The notes under the pieces: model-generated
What the model was told of the DNA's origin: nothing
The model's database searches: none
What the model saw: only the letters and a program-made list of their open reading frames with translations
Translations under genes and position numbers: made by a program
Source of the DNA: an uncultured Gemmatimonadales bacterium
GTDB lineage: Bacteria > Gemmatimonadota > Gemmatimonadetes > Gemmatimonadales > GWC2-71-9
NCBI GenBank assembly: GCA_963728915.1
Contig: CAVSLV010000004.1
Coordinates: 256,001 to 320,000, forward strand
Direction: 5' to 3'
DNA: 64,000 nt
Shown here: positions 30,532-41,727 of the stretch, piece after piece
Layout: every line of letters starts with the position of its first letter
Numbering within the stretch: the stretch's first letter is position 1

Positions 30532-32763
30532 TTGACGACCCGCATCGCGGTGCTGCTGGCGTTGTGCGCCGGCCCCCTCGAAGCCCAGTCACCGGCCCCG
30601 GTGGTCCCGGCCGGGAGCCCGATACCCCGACCGCAGGCGCGGGCCATCCGGGTCGAACTGGGGCCGGTGTTGACCGGCAGGATGGACGATCCCCTGTGGC
30701 AGGAAGCGCCGGTCATCAGCGGGTTCGTGCAGCATGAGCCGGTGGAAGGCTCCCCCGCGACGGAACGGACCGAAGTGCGAGTCGTCTTCGACCACGATGC
30801 GATCTACGTCGGCGCGCGGCTCTACGACTCGGAGGCCGCCGGCATCGTGCATGGCGAATTCCGCCGCGACGCCGATCTCAAGGAACAGGACTCGTTCCTG
30901 ATCGTGTTCGATACCTATCTGGATCGTCAAAATGCCTTCATCTTCGGAACCACTCCGGCCGGGATCGAGCACGACGGCCAGGTGAATCGCGAGGGGGAGA
31001 GCGGGTTCGGCGGCCCCATGGGGACCGGGCCGGGGCCGAACGGGCAGACCGGCACGGCGAATCTCAACTGGGACGGCACCTGGAAGGTGATGACGTCGGT
31101 TGACTCGCTGGGCTGGGTGGCGGAATTCCGGATTCCCTTTCAGACCCTGCGCTACCGCGCTGGCAAGTCGCAGCGGTGGGGTCTCAACTTCGCTCGATTC
31201 ATTCGCCGGAAGAACGAAGAGGATTTCTGGTCCCGGGTGGCCAGGCAGTATACCGCCTATCGAGTCTCCCAGGCCGGTACGCTGGACGGGATCGAACCGC
31301 CGGGGCAGCGGGTGATGCGGGTGACGCCCTATGCTCTCGGCAGCATTCACCGCGATTATCTCGCCTCGACCGACGTGGAGACCACTGCCGAGTTTGGCGC
31401 CGATGCCAAAATCGGGGTGACGCCGAGCCTCGCGCTGGATCTCACCTACAACACCGATTTTGCCCAGGTGGAAGCCGATGAGCAGCAGATCAACCTGACC
31501 CGCTTCAACCTGTTTTTCCCGGAGAAACGGCCGTTTTTTCTCGAGAATGCGGGGACCTTCGCCTTCGGGACCGCGCAATCGGTGGACCTGTTCTTCAGCC
31601 GGCGGATCGGGATCGGGGAAGACGAGCGGCCGGTTCCCATCCTGGGAGGGGGCCGCCTGAGCGGAAAGGTGAATGGATTCACGGTCGGGCTCCTCGACCT
31701 CCAGACCGAGCGGGTCGACGCGCTCGATCAGCAGGTCATTGCACCGGATAACTACGGTGCGGTGCGCCTGCTCCGGGAATTTCCCCACCGGACCCGCATC
31801 GGGGCGATCGCGGTGAGCCGGCTCAACACCGACAGCACCGACGACTACAACGTGAGCTACGGGCTGGACGGGCGGTTCGGCATAGGCGACGCGACGACGT
31901 TCGATGCCTATGTGGCCCGTTCGGAGACCCCCGGGGTCGCTGCCGCTTCGAACAGCTGGAGCATCGCCGGGAGTTACGCTACTCAGCAGTGGGAGCTGGG
32001 CGCCGCGGTGCGGGAGGTCGATGAAGGGTTCAACCCCGAGGTCGGGTTTCTGGAGCGGCCGGCCTTTCGGTTCTACAACTTCCGGATTCTCCGGCACCTT
32101 CGAACGCCGGGCCTCCGGTGGTTTCGCGAGGCCCGGCCGCACCTCACCTTCCGCCAGTACGACGATCCGGATGGGACGCCCCAGAGCCGGTTGATCCACA
32201 TCGACAGTCACATGTTGTTCGCGAACGGCGCCTTCTTCGAGACCCCCGGGCTCAACTTCATCCGGGAGGCGTTCCGGGCTCCGTTCGAGATCGCTCCCGG
32301 CGTGATCCTCCAGCCCGGAGTCTACGACTGGTTCGAGTGGCAGATGAACTACAACACCAATCTCAGCGCACCGATCTCAGTGGGCGGCAAGGCGTCGGCG
32401 GGGCAGTTCTACACCGGAACCCACGAGGCCCTGACCGCCACGGTGACGGCCCGGCCGAGCCATCGCCTCGATGCCCAGCTCAGGCTCAACCTGGAGCACG
32501 TGAGCCTCGACGAAGGGAAATTCGATCGGGTCCTGGTGGGGTTGCGTCTCGCCTACGCGTTCACACCGCGGATCTACCTCCAGAGTCTGACCCAGTACAA
32601 CAACCAGACCAGCACCTTCGCCGCCAACGTCCGCTTCAGCTGGCTCGGTCCCGCGGGCACCGGACTCTTCGTCGTCCTCAATGAGGGAAGGGAAACCGGC
32701 GCGAACGCCAGACCGCTGGACCGGGCTCTGGTCGTCAAGTTCACCCGTCAGTTCGATCTGTAG
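30532..32763 (+). CDS. DUF5916 / CBM9-like domain outer-membrane protein
   Basis: Signal peptide; W...IPF.TLRY, NTDFAQVEAD, FFPEKRPFFLE, FFSRRIG; beta-barrel-like C-terminus. Confidence 0.85.
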   Translation: MTTRIAVLLALCAGPLEAQSPAPVVPAGSPIPRPQARAIRVELGPVLTGRMDDPLWQEAPVISGFVQHEPVEGSPATERTEVRVVFDHDAIYVGARLYDSEAAGIVHGEFRRDADLKEQDSFLIVFDTYLDRQNAFIFGTTPAGIEHDGQVNREGESGFGGPMGTGPGPNGQTGTANLNWDGTWKVMTSVDSLGWVAEFRIPFQTLRYRAGKSQRWGLNFARFIRRKNEEDFWSRVARQYTAYRVSQAGTLDGIEPPGQRVMRVTPYALGSIHRDYLASTDVETTAEFGADAKIGVTPSLALDLTYNTDFAQVEADEQQINLTRFNLFFPEKRPFFLENAGTFAFGTAQSVDLFFSRRIGIGEDERPVPILGGGRLSGKVNGFTVGLLDLQTERVDALDQQVIAPDNYGAVRLLREFPHRTRIGAIAVSRLNTDSTDDYNVSYGLDGRFGIGDATTFDAYVARSETPGVAAASNSWSIAGSYATQQWELGAAVREVDEGFNPEVGFLERPAFRFYNFRILRHLRTPGLRWFREARPHLTFRQYDDPDGTPQSRLIHIDSHMLFANGAFFETPGLNFIREAFRAPFEIAPGVILQPGVYDWFEWQMNYNTNLSAPISVGGKASAGQFYTGTHEALTATVTARPSHRLDAQLRLNLEHVSLDEGKFDRVLVGLRLAYAFTPRIYLQSLTQYNNQTSTFAANVRFSWLGPAGTGLFVVLNEGRETGANARPLDRALVVKFTRQFDL

Positions 32764-32768
32764 CCCGG

Positions 32769-33872
32769 CTACTGGTATTGGATGTACACCGGTCGGGGCC
32801 GAAGGGTCAGGACTTCCCGAGGAGTGAGCAGGGCGTGGCCGGTTTTGGTATCGTTCCGGAAGAAGAGCTTGAACCCGGTGAATTGCACCGGCTCAGCCAC
32901 CTGGCAGAGTGCGTAGCTGTCGAACTTGAGCCAGGGTTCTCCCCATCCGTCCATGTTGATCACGACCTGAACGCGCGGGTCCAGCCGGATGGCGCTCGCG
33001 TCCTGGAGCATCTGCCTGGTGAAGCGATGGACGACCAGCACCTTCGGGGGCAGGTGGTACTGATCGACCAGCTTCGCCAGGGTTTCGATGGCGTGATTGA
33101 CTTCCGCGCCGGTCAGGGTGCCGATCCGCTTTCCGGGCCGATGGCCGGCGCTCCGGTAATGCATATAGAACTCGGGGTCGATTCCGAGGTGGATGTCGGG
33201 ACGCGTCAGCCAGGGGAGAAGCCGCGGGAGCTCCTGCTCGATGGTGCTGTACCCGGCTTGAATGTCGAGGAAGAGGATGGCGTTCCGGGACTGGGCCCAG
33301 CGGTAGACCTTCTCGATCAGGGCGCTATCCATCCGGATGCGATACTGGCCGTCGCGCCCGGGTTTCTCCTGGGCGACCACGGTGATGAGATGAAGAGCCG
33401 GCTGGACCGGGGTATCGGGATCGGCGTCGTGCCACTCCCTGGTGATCGTATCGAGCCGCGCCAGCATCCGCTCGGGAGCGATCTCGCCGAGGATTCCCAT
33501 GCGTGGAGATAGAGGATTTCCGTAGAACGCGACGATCCGCTTCGCCGGGAGGATGGAATACGGGCTCGGGTCGGGGCCGGCAGGCCAGGTCCCTTGCCGG
33601 AAGCCTTTACGGATCGCCGAGGCGAGCGAAATGCTGTCTCGAAGGGTCCGCCTCGGCCGGAAGGCGGTCGCGAGGGCCGGAAGGGCCGGTTCGGGAACGC
33701 GGAGGACCGGCACGGTGTCGGGAATCCGGCGGTTCGCCTCCAGCCCGCCGAGCTGCGACCGGTTGAGCTCGGGGCTCCGGTCCTGGCGGTGCACCGGCGC
33801 GCGGGGCGCACGGGCGCAGGCGATCAGCGAGACGACGAGGAGCGGTGAAAAACCGGGAAAATGGCGGGGCAT
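32769..33872 (-). CDS. Conserved hypothetical lipoprotein
   Basis: Lipobox SLIAC after MPRHF; globular domain with IVAFYGNP, LDIQAG, DPEF, DGWG, GFKLF. Confidence 0.7.
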   Translation of the reverse strand: MPRHFPGFSPLLVVSLIACARAPRAPVHRQDRSPELNRSQLGGLEANRRIPDTVPVLRVPEPALPALATAFRPRRTLRDSISLASAIRKGFRQGTWPAGPDPSPYSILPAKRIVAFYGNPLSPRMGILGEIAPERMLARLDTITREWHDADPDTPVQPALHLITVVAQEKPGRDGQYRIRMDSALIEKVYRWAQSRNAILFLDIQAGYSTIEQELPRLLPWLTRPDIHLGIDPEFYMHYRSAGHRPGKRIGTLTGAEVNHAIETLAKLVDQYHLPPKVLVVHRFTRQMLQDASAIRLDPRVQVVINMDGWGEPWLKFDSYALCQVAEPVQFTGFKLFFRNDTKTGHALLTPREVLTLRPRPVYIQYQ

Positions 33873-33955
33873 CGTCGAAGGCTGGTCGTGCATTTTCCTT
33901 GCCACCTGCCCGCATCCTCTCCTATTGTTCCGTGGTTCCCTGACAGGAGGACGTT

Positions 33956-34825
33956 GTGCGGGCCTGGCGCATGGCACTCCTGGTTCTTTGCGCCGGCTTG
34001 AGCTGCCGGGTGGAGCAGCGGCTTCCCCGGGCCGGAGCGGGATTGATCACTGCGGACGGGATGCTCCGGGTCCCGGCCGATTCGGAGATTCCGGAAGGCT
34101 CGCTCGGGCGGGCGATCCGCCGGGGTCGCGCGTTGCTCCAGCACACCCCGGACAGTCTTCCGGGTTATGCCCGAAGCGGATTGCGCTGCTTCAGCTGCCA
34201 TCTGCGGGACGGGACTCAGCCCGGCGCGCTGCCGCTGGTGGGTGTCTACTCCCGGTTTCCCCAGTACCGTTCGAGGAACGACATCATCAATCTGATCGAA
34301 GACCGGGTCAACGATTGCTTCCAGCGAAGTCTGAGCGGCAACCCGCTGCCTCCGGACGGGCCCGACATGCGGGCGATCGTGGCGTATCTCGCGTTCATCT
34401 CCCGGGGCATCGCGCCGCCGGGAGAGGTTCCCGGGTTAGGAGTGCGCACGCTGCCGGCGCTCACTCCCGACAGCGGACGGGGTCGCCAGCTCTTCGGCGC
34501 CATCTGCGCCCGGTGCCACGGGCCGGAGGGCCAGGGGACCGAGCTCGCGACTCCGCTGTGGGGCCCCCGCTCGTTCGACATCGGCGCCGGTCTGGCCCGG
34601 CTCAACACCGCGGCGGGGTTCATCCGGGAGAACATGCCCTACGACCGGGCGGTGATCCTGACCGATCAGCAGGCCTACGACGTCGCCGCCTTCGTGCTGT
34701 CGCACCCCCGGCCCGATTTCCCCGGCAAGGCGTTCGACTGGCCCAACGGCAACCCGCCGCCTGACGTGCCCTATCCGACCCGGGGCCGGAGCGGCAATCC
34801 GCAGCGACCTCCCGGATCCCGGTGA
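33956..34825 (+). CDS. tsdA: Diheme cytochrome c, thiosulfate dehydrogenase/tetrathionate reductase TsdA-like lipoprotein
   Basis: CFSCH and CARCH heme sites; RVNDCFQRS catalytic Cys ligand; PLWG..SF..GAG; NMP; AGGAGG SD. Confidence 0.8.
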   Translation: MRAWRMALLVLCAGLSCRVEQRLPRAGAGLITADGMLRVPADSEIPEGSLGRAIRRGRALLQHTPDSLPGYARSGLRCFSCHLRDGTQPGALPLVGVYSRFPQYRSRNDIINLIEDRVNDCFQRSLSGNPLPPDGPDMRAIVAYLAFISRGIAPPGEVPGLGVRTLPALTPDSGRGRQLFGAICARCHGPEGQGTELATPLWGPRSFDIGAGLARLNTAAGFIRENMPYDRAVILTDQQAYDVAAFVLSHPRPDFPGKAFDWPNGNPPPDVPYPTRGRSGNPQRPPGSR

Positions 34826-36531
34826 CGTCGCCCCGGAACGGGGTCCCCGACCGCACCATCCCGCCCCACGCGGGAGAGCGTCGATTCGGTCCTCTGGAGC
34901 AGCGGAACTTTCTCCGCTGGGTGTACCTGGGCCGGACCATTCTCGCCACCCTGCTGCTGGTGCGCCTCTCGCTCAACCGCACCTCGGCGCCCGACATCGC
35001 CTTCTACGCCGTCCTGATCGTCCTCCTCGCCTACGCGGTTACCGGCTACGGCTTCTTCACCAACTACGTCAAGAAGCGGCGGGCGGGGCTGCTGTTCCTG
35101 TTCTGTCATGCCGCGACCGATCTCCTGCTGGTGACCATGCTGGTGCATTTCGGGGGCGCCGGAAAGAGCGGGTGGGTCGCTCTCTACGTGCCGGTCATCG
35201 CGGTGTATGCCCTGCTCATGCCGCTTCGTCTCAGTGTGCTGACCGGCATGGTGGCCGCGGGACTCTTCCTGATCGATTCGTTCGTGCTGCAGGAGATCCC
35301 GGAAGGGAGCTGGGTCTGGGGCCAGGTGGTCGTCTTTGCGATGATCGCGCTGGTCGTTGCCTACCTTGGGCAGCGCCTTCGCGCCGCGTCGGTCGAGCAC
35401 AGCGAGCTCGAAATCGAGCTGCGCCGGGTGCGGATGGAGGCCGACGAGATCCTTCGCAGTATCAGGAGCGGCGTGATCACCGTGGACGGGCAGGGGCGCC
35501 TTGCCTTCCTGAATCTCGCCGCGGAGCACCTGCTCGGCCTGCCGGCCGCCCAATGGCTCGGGTTCCCGGTGTTGGACGAGCTGGGGCGGCGCTCTCCCGA
35601 GCTGCTCGAAGCCATCTCGACCGGAATCGAGGGGGGACGGCGGGTGGTGCGGGGAGAGGGAACCGCCTGGCGCGCCGATGGCCATCGGGTGCCAATCGGG
35701 CTTTCCACCACGACGTTCGTCCGTCCCTCGGAGGATCTCCCGAGCGTTACTGCAATATTCACCGACATTTCCGATTTGCAGCAGATTCAGGCATTGCACT
35801 TGCGCGCAGAGCGACTGGAGGCCGTCGCCGCGCTGTCCGCCTCGCTGGCCCACGAGATCAGGAATCCCCTCGCTTCGATCCGGAGCTCGGTGGAGCAGCT
35901 GGCCCGAGTGACCCGGGAAGATCCCGATGAACGGGTCCTCGGCGATCTGATCATGCGGGAGACCGACCGGCTGAGCCGCCTCCTGGGAGAGTTCCTGGAT
36001 TTCTCCCGGGTCAGGGCCAGCCACTTCGATACGGTGGACCTGACCGCCGTCGTGCGGGGAGCGGCGCAGCTGATCCGGGAGCACCCCGATACCGGGCCGG
36101 GAGTCGAGATCACGGTGCAGGGTGAGCCGGTGGAAATCGAGGCCGACGAGGACCTGCTTCACCGGATCTGCACCAACCTGATCCTGAATGCGGCCCAGGT
36201 GATGAACGGCGCCGGCCGGATCGAGGTGATCGTGGATCACCCGGCCCCGGGGGAACTGTCGGTGGGGCCGGGAGGCGAAAGCACCGAGATCGAATACCCG
36301 GTGCGACTCCGGGTCCGGGATGACGGTCCGGGGATCGATCCTGATCTGATGCCGAGGCTGTTCGAGCCATTCGTATCGGGACGGCCGGGCGGGAGCGGTC
36401 TCGGGCTCGCCATCGTGCAGCGCGCCGTGGTGGCGCATCGCGGTGTCGCGACGGTGGAATCCGCTCCCGGTGATGGCACCACGTTTACCATTCTGCTCAA
36501 CGGCAAAAGGCCTCCGGAGGACCGTGCATGA
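34822..36531 (+). CDS. pilS: Membrane PAS sensor histidine kinase, PilS-like
   Basis: About 6 TM, PAS, AHEIRNPL, NL..NA, DDGPG, GSGLGL. Confidence 0.8.
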   Translation: MTSPRNGVPDRTIPPHAGERRFGPLEQRNFLRWVYLGRTILATLLLVRLSLNRTSAPDIAFYAVLIVLLAYAVTGYGFFTNYVKKRRAGLLFLFCHAATDLLLVTMLVHFGGAGKSGWVALYVPVIAVYALLMPLRLSVLTGMVAAGLFLIDSFVLQEIPEGSWVWGQVVVFAMIALVVAYLGQRLRAASVEHSELEIELRRVRMEADEILRSIRSGVITVDGQGRLAFLNLAAEHLLGLPAAQWLGFPVLDELGRRSPELLEAISTGIEGGRRVVRGEGTAWRADGHRVPIGLSTTTFVRPSEDLPSVTAIFTDISDLQQIQALHLRAERLEAVAALSASLAHEIRNPLASIRSSVEQLARVTREDPDERVLGDLIMRETDRLSRLLGEFLDFSRVRASHFDTVDLTAVVRGAAQLIREHPDTGPGVEITVQGEPVEIEADEDLLHRICTNLILNAAQVMNGAGRIEVIVDHPAPGELSVGPGGESTEIEYPVRLRVRDDGPGIDPDLMPRLFEPFVSGRPGGSGLGLAIVQRAVVAHRGVATVESAPGDGTTFTILLNGKRPPEDRA

Positions 36532-37904
36532 GCCAACAGGCTTCGATCCTCATCGTCGATGACGAGTCGGGCATTCTCGACACCTTGCGGATCCTCCTCA
36601 AGAAAGAAGGATTCGACGTCACCACCGCCCAGGGCGGAAAGGCCGGCCTCGAGCAGATCCGCTCCGGGAATCACGACATCGTCCTTACCGACGTGCGGAT
36701 GCCCCAGGTCACCGGGCTCGATATCCTCGCCACGGCGAAGGAGCAGGACCCGGTGACGCCGGTGATCCTGATGACCGCGCAGGCCTCGCTGCAAACCGCG
36801 ATTCAGGCCGTGAACCAGGGCGCCTTTTATTACATCCAGAAGCCCTTCTCGAACGAAGAGATGCTGGCGATTCTCCGGCGGGCCTGCGAGTATCGCCAGA
36901 TCCGGGTCGAGAACCGCCAGCTCAAGCAGGAGATCCGGCGGCGGGACAAGAGCACGGTGGTTCGACCGATCGGCAAATCCCGGCGGTTCACCGACGTGCT
37001 CCGGCTCGCCGAGCAGGTCGCGCCCAATGACTCGACCGTGCTGATCCAGGGGGAGAGCGGCACCGGGAAAGAGGTCCTGGCCCGGTACATCCATAACCTC
37101 TCCCATCGCGCCGATGGTCCTTTTCTCTCGATCAACTGCGGCGCGCTTCCCGAGAATCTGCTGGAGAGCGAGCTGTTCGGGCACGTGAAGGGGTCCTTTA
37201 CCGGCGCGGTGCGCGACAAACAGGGTCTCTTCGCCGCGGCGCGGGGAGGCACGTTCTTTCTCGACGAAGTGGGGGAGATGCCGCCCTCGCTCCAGATCAA
37301 GCTGCTCCGGGTGCTGCAGGAGCGCGAGGTCATTCCGGTCGGCGCCACCGAAACGATTCCGGTCGACGTCCGGATCGTGGCGGCGACCAATCGCGACCTG
37401 GAGGAAGAGGTCCGCCGGGGTCACTTCCGCTCGGATCTCTTCTATCGACTCAACGTGATTGCGCTGGAGCTGCCTTCGCTTCGGGATCGGCGCGACGATC
37501 TCATCCTGTTGATCGACTATGTCCTTCAGGAGCTCGGGACGGAGCGGGACGAGGCGGCCAAGGCGTTATCGGCGGAGGCGCTCGATGCCGTGATGGTGTA
37601 CGACTGGCCCGGCAACGTACGGGAGCTCCAGAACGCGCTGGAGCACGCCGTGGTGCTGAGCAAGGGCCCCCTGATCGAGCCGGGCACCCTGCCCGAACGG
37701 ATTACCCGCCGCCGGCGCGAGCCGCTGGTGGCGGAACGGTCCTCACCTAACCCGTCGCTCGACGTGATCGAGCGCGCCTACATCATGTGGGTGCTCCAGG
37801 CCGAAGGGGGCAACAAGACCCGGGCGGCTGAGATCCTCGGGATCGATCCCTCCACGCTGTATCGCAAGCTCAGCCGCTACGAAGAGCAGCCGGCCGCCGG
37901 GTGA
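36528..37904 (+). CDS. pilR: Sigma54-dependent response regulator, PilR-like
   Basis: Receiver + GESGTGKE + ESELFGH.KGSFTGA + FLDEVGE + Fis HTH. Confidence 0.85.
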   Translation: MSQQASILIVDDESGILDTLRILLKKEGFDVTTAQGGKAGLEQIRSGNHDIVLTDVRMPQVTGLDILATAKEQDPVTPVILMTAQASLQTAIQAVNQGAFYYIQKPFSNEEMLAILRRACEYRQIRVENRQLKQEIRRRDKSTVVRPIGKSRRFTDVLRLAEQVAPNDSTVLIQGESGTGKEVLARYIHNLSHRADGPFLSINCGALPENLLESELFGHVKGSFTGAVRDKQGLFAAARGGTFFLDEVGEMPPSLQIKLLRVLQEREVIPVGATETIPVDVRIVAATNRDLEEEVRRGHFRSDLFYRLNVIALELPSLRDRRDDLILLIDYVLQELGTERDEAAKALSAEALDAVMVYDWPGNVRELQNALEHAVVLSKGPLIEPGTLPERITRRRREPLVAERSSPNPSLDVIERAYIMWVLQAEGGNKTRAAEILGIDPSTLYRKLSRYEEQPAAG

Positions 37905-38112
37905 TCGTTCTGCTCGGCTTTTTCCGCGTTCATCCTGGGACTCGCGCTGGGCGCCTGGTGGATTACGCCGAATCGCTGGTGACCCGTCAGTTCTCCTCCG
38001 GGGTGGCAGGCGCCTGGGGGGTTCGGAGTTCCTCGAGCCGCTCCGCGGAGGATCTGCGCCTGTTGCTCATGGAAGCCTCCGTGCAGGAGGCGCTCAGAAC
38101 CCCGGAGCATTA

Positions 38113-38823
38113 ATGGACATTCCCCGGCTCTCGGTCATCGTTCCGGTCTACAACGAGCGCAACACGGTGGAGCAGATCGTGGATCGGCTGCGGGCCGTTC
38201 CCCTGCCGATGGAGATCATCGCGGTGAACGATTGCTCCCAGGACGGGAGTGGGGAGATCCTCGATCGGCTCAAGGCCGCGGGCGCCATCGATGTGGTCAT
38301 CCATCACGAAGTGAATCGGGGGAAGGGCGCCTCCCTGCGGGACGGCATTGCGCACGCGTCCGGCGATGTGATCGTGGTCCAGGATGCCGATCTGGAGTAC
38401 GACCCCCATGAGTTCGGGCGTTTGCTCTCTCCGATCATGGAGGGCAAGGCGGACGCCGTATTCGGGTCGCGCTTTCTCGGTGGCGGCGGGCGGGTGCTCT
38501 ACTACTGGCACTCGGTGGGCAACCGGGTCCTGACCACGCTGTCGAACATGTTCACCAACATCAACCTCACCGACATGGAGACCTGCTACAAGATGGTGAA
38601 GGCTCCGTTGATGAAATCGCTGGTGCTGACCAGTGATCGGTTCGGATTCGAGCCGGAGATCGTCGCTCGATTGTCCAAAGCGCGGGCCCGGATCTGGGAG
38701 CTCCCCATCACCTACAGCGGGCGCACCTACGAGGAAGGGAAGAAGATCGGCTGGCGGGACGGGGTCGCCGCCTTCTGGCACATCCTGCGGTACAACCTGT
38801 TTACGCCCCGGAGATCCCCCTGA
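38113..38823 (+). CDS. GT2 glycosyltransferase, DPM1-like (polyprenol-phosphate sugar synthase)
   Basis: [54 protein letters not shown]. Confidence 0.92.
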   Translation: MDIPRLSVIVPVYNERNTVEQIVDRLRAVPLPMEIIAVNDCSQDGSGEILDRLKAAGAIDVVIHHEVNRGKGASLRDGIAHASGDVIVVQDADLEYDPHEFGRLLSPIMEGKADAVFGSRFLGGGGRVLYYWHSVGNRVLTTLSNMFTNINLTDMETCYKMVKAPLMKSLVLTSDRFGFEPEIVARLSKARARIWELPITYSGRTYEEGKKIGWRDGVAAFWHILRYNLFTPRRSP

Positions 38824-40859
38824 CCGCCGGCGCGCGGTCGGATCGTATCATCACCGCGGCGGCAGCCGCGTTTTTGCTGGTGCTGGGGCTCGTCCCGATC
38901 GCCAACTGGATTCCCGGCGGCCCCGAGGCGCCCTGGTTCGGCGGCGTGGCCTCGGAGTTTCTGCAATCCACGGTCATCGCGGTCGGGGTCGGGATATTGG
39001 GGGCGTTGCTGGCCCGGCGGATCCCCGGGAGATGGCCTGCACGAGCGCTCGACCCGGTCGAAACGTCTCTGACGTCGCATCGCGTGGGGTGGATCCTGGC
39101 CGTCGCCGGGATCGGGTTTGTCACTCTACGCGCTCACCGCCCGGTTCGTTTTCAGCGGAAAACCGCTGCTGATCGACGAGATCGTTCAGACCTGGCAGGC
39201 CCGCCTCCTGGCGCACGGGCGATTGTGGAGCCCGGTCGCGTCGCACCCGGAATTCTTCAGCAGCCTGCACATCGTCGAGCAGGACGGCCGGGTGTACGGG
39301 CAGTTCCCGATCGGCGGCCCCGCCATGCTGGCCCTGGGGAGCCTGGTCCACGCCGAATGGCTGGTTGGCCCGGTCTTCGGCGCGCTGTCGGTGATGGGGT
39401 TCGGCCTGCTGGCCCGCCGGATCGAACCGCGTCCAATGATCGCGCTGGGGGCGACCCTGCTGTTTGCCCTGGCGCCGTTCGCGGTGTTCATGTCCGGCTC
39501 CCACATGAACCACGTGACCGCGCTCTGCTGGCTGGTCTGGGGGATGCTGTTCCTGGTGCGGGCCACCGGCGAGAACCCCGCCGCCGGGAACGGCGTCCTG
39601 TGCGGGTTATGCCTCGGCGTGGCTGCCACGATCCGGCCGATCGACGCGCTGGCGTTTGCGCTCCCTGCCGCGGCCTGGCTTCTGATCGGTGCGGTCCGGC
39701 GCCGGCGCGGCGCCTGGCGCCGCTGCTCGGCGCCGGTGTCGGGATCGCGGTTCCCCTCGCGCTGCTCGGCCTGGCCAACCGGGCCACCACCGGCTCGGTG
39801 TTCGAATTCGGCTACTCGGTGCTGTGGGGTCCGGGGCATGGGTTGGGTTTCCATGTCCCTCCCTGGGGGGAGCCCCACACCCCCATCCGGGGACTCCAGC
39901 TCATCAACGTCTACCTGCTCCGCCTCCAGACCTATCTCTTTGAAGCCGGGATTCCCTCGCTGCTCCCGGCGACGGTGGCTCTGGCGCTGACCCGGAAGAT
40001 CGGCGGGTTCGATCGCTATCTGCTCGTCGCGAGTGGTCTCCTGGTCGGGTTCTACTTCGCCTACTGGCACGACGGTTTCTACCTGGGGCCCCGATTCATG
40101 TATCCGCTCCTGCCGGTGCTGGCGTTGTGGACCGCGCGAAGCGTCGCGGCGATCCGGGCCCGGGCCGGGGCCGGGAGCGTCCCGGCGCGGTCGGCCCTGC
40201 TGGCCGGAGTGGTGGCCCTCGCCTTCGGCCTGGGATTCGGGATTCCCGAGCGGCTGGGACAGTATCGCGCCGGCATGCTTTCGCTGCGTTGGGACGCCGA
40301 CCAGGCCGCGGCGGAGGCCGGGGTCCGTGATGCCCTGGTCCTGGTGCGGGAAAGCTGGGGGGCGGAGCTGATCGCCCGGCTCTGGGCCCTCGACATAACC
40401 CGCCCGCAGGCCGACGCGGCGTACCGGACCATCGACCCCTGCCGGCTGGACTCGGCGATCACCAGCCTGGAGGGTCGGCACGCGCGGGGAACCGAGGCGA
40501 TGGGATCGCTCGCGCCCCTCCAGTCCGATTCCGCCCGGCTGGTTTCCGCGCCCGAGCTCACCGGCGATCCGTCGCTCCGGGTCGAGGTCGGCGCCCATTA
40601 CTCCGGTTACTGCGTCGCGAGGCTGCGCCAGAACGAAGCGGGGTTCACTTTGTTCTCGCCCTTGCTCCTGGCGCGCTACGGAGAGAACGTGTATGCCCGC
40701 GATCTCGGCGCCAGCGACAGTCTCCTGCTTCCTGCTTATCCGGGACGAAGCATCTTCCTCCTCAAGCCGGAGTCGGGTGGGGTGGGAGCCATGCCGAAGT
40801 TCCAGCATCTCGACCTCGATTCTCTCCGGGCGGCCTGGCGGCGCGAAGCGGGGACCTGA
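38820..40859 (+). CDS. GT-C fold membrane glycosyltransferase (ArnT/PMT-like) with two compensating frameshifts (~39118, ~39705)
   Basis: Multi-TM; LIDE acidic motif, SHMNH and IRPID lie in the 39118-39990 frame; YWHDG..GPRF lies in the main frame; start uncertain. Confidence 0.7.
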   Translation: MTAGARSDRIITAAAAAFLLVLGLVPIANWIPGGPEAPWFGGVASEFLQSTVIAVGVGILGALLARRIPGRWPARALDPVETSLTSHRVGWILAVAGIGFVTLRAHRPVRFQRKTAADRRDRSDLAGPPPGARAIVEPGRVAPGILQQPAHRRAGRPGVRAVPDRRPRHAGPGEPGPRRMAGWPGLRRAVGDGVRPAGPPDRTASNDRAGGDPAVCPGAVRGVHVRLPHEPRDRALLAGLGDAVPGAGHRREPRRRERRPVRVMPRRGCHDPADRRAGVCAPCRGLASDRCGPAPARRLAPLLGAGVGIAVPLALLGLANRATTGSVFEFGYSVLWGPGHGLGFHVPPWGEPHTPIRGLQLINVYLLRLQTYLFEAGIPSLLPATVALALTRKIGGFDRYLLVASGLLVGFYFAYWHDGFYLGPRFMYPLLPVLALWTARSVAAIRARAGAGSVPARSALLAGVVALAFGLGFGIPERLGQYRAGMLSLRWDADQAAAEAGVRDALVLVRESWGAELIARLWALDITRPQADAAYRTIDPCRLDSAITSLEGRHARGTEAMGSLAPLQSDSARLVSAPELTGDPSLRVEVGAHYSGYCVARLRQNEAGFTLFSPLLLARYGENVYARDLGASDSLLLPAYPGRSIFLLKPESGGVGAMPKFQHLDLDSLRAAWRREAGT

Positions 40860-40929
40860 TGCACGGTCTCCTTCTCTTTGCACTGAATCCAGCGTCATGA
40901 CTGGCGGAGCGAGGCGCGCTGAGCCGATG

Positions 40930-41727
40930 CTAACCGGAGGCTCCGTAGCGCTCGCGGAGCGCGGCGAGCTCCGCGGCCGAAAGCGCGGCGAGCGCGGGAC
41001 TCCGATAACTGCCGCGGAGCTGGCGCAGCTTCAGCGCGGCGAGGTCCAGCAGGCCCCGCGCCGAGTCCCGGAAGGGCCGCACCGAGGTACCCAGGTTCCG
41101 CCGCAGTCGGACCGGTACCCGCTTGATGTCGAGCCCGTGCTTGAGCGCGAGGTAGACCACTTCCACCTCGAAGGCGAAGCGGTCGATCCGCACCAGCCGG
41201 AACAGCTCGTCGGCGACGTCGCCCCGCACCGCCTTGATCCCGCACTGGGTGTCGAAGAAGCCCCCGGTCACCAGGGTCCCGATGAACTTCGAGGCGACGC
41301 CCGACAGCGTCCGCCGGGCGAGCGAGGTGGCCTCGCCGTAGACCGAGCCGGGCAGGGTGCGGTCGCCGATCACCAGGTGGAAGCCCCGGGCGTCGATCAG
41401 CTCCGCCATCAGCGGGATCAGCTCGCGGTCGTAGGGCAGGTCGGCGTCGGTGAACACCCGGACCCGCCCGCGCGCAGCCAGCATGCCGGTGCGCACTGCC
41501 GCGCCCTTGCCCCGGTTCCGTTCGTGGCAGAGCAGCCGGATGTTCTCCCGCTCAGGCAGCGGGGCGGCCCCGAAGTCGCCCCCCCCGTCGTCCACCACCA
41601 GGATCTCCCAGCTCGGCAGCACCTGGTCCAGGTAACCCGCGAGGACCTCCGCCGACCGCGCGGCGAGCGGAGCCGCCCGGTAGCTCGGCAGTACCACGCT
41701 CACCGCGGGACCCGCTGGAGCTGACAT
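40930..41727 (-). CDS. GT2 glycosyltransferase, dolichyl-phosphate glucosyltransferase-like
   Basis: VVDDG, NRGKGAAVRTG, FTDADLPY, DTQCGIK, FAFEVE. Confidence 0.9.
   Translation of the reverse strand: MSAPAGPAVSVVLPSYRAAPLAARSAEVLAGYLDQVLPSWEILVVDDGGGDFGAAPLPERENIRLLCHERNRGKGAAVRTGMLAARGRVRVFTDADLPYDRELIPLMAELIDARGFHLVIGDRTLPGSVYGEATSLARRTLSGVASKFIGTLVTGGFFDTQCGIKAVRGDVADELFRLVRIDRFAFEVEVVYLALKHGLDIKRVPVRLRRNLGTSVRPFRDSARGLLDLAALKLRQLRGSYRSPALAALSAAELAALRERYGASG

Noticed and set aside
37901..38113. 70-aa ORF as listed in the ORF track
   Set aside because: No recognisable features after residue 8; a frameshifted 26-aa TM peptide fits better
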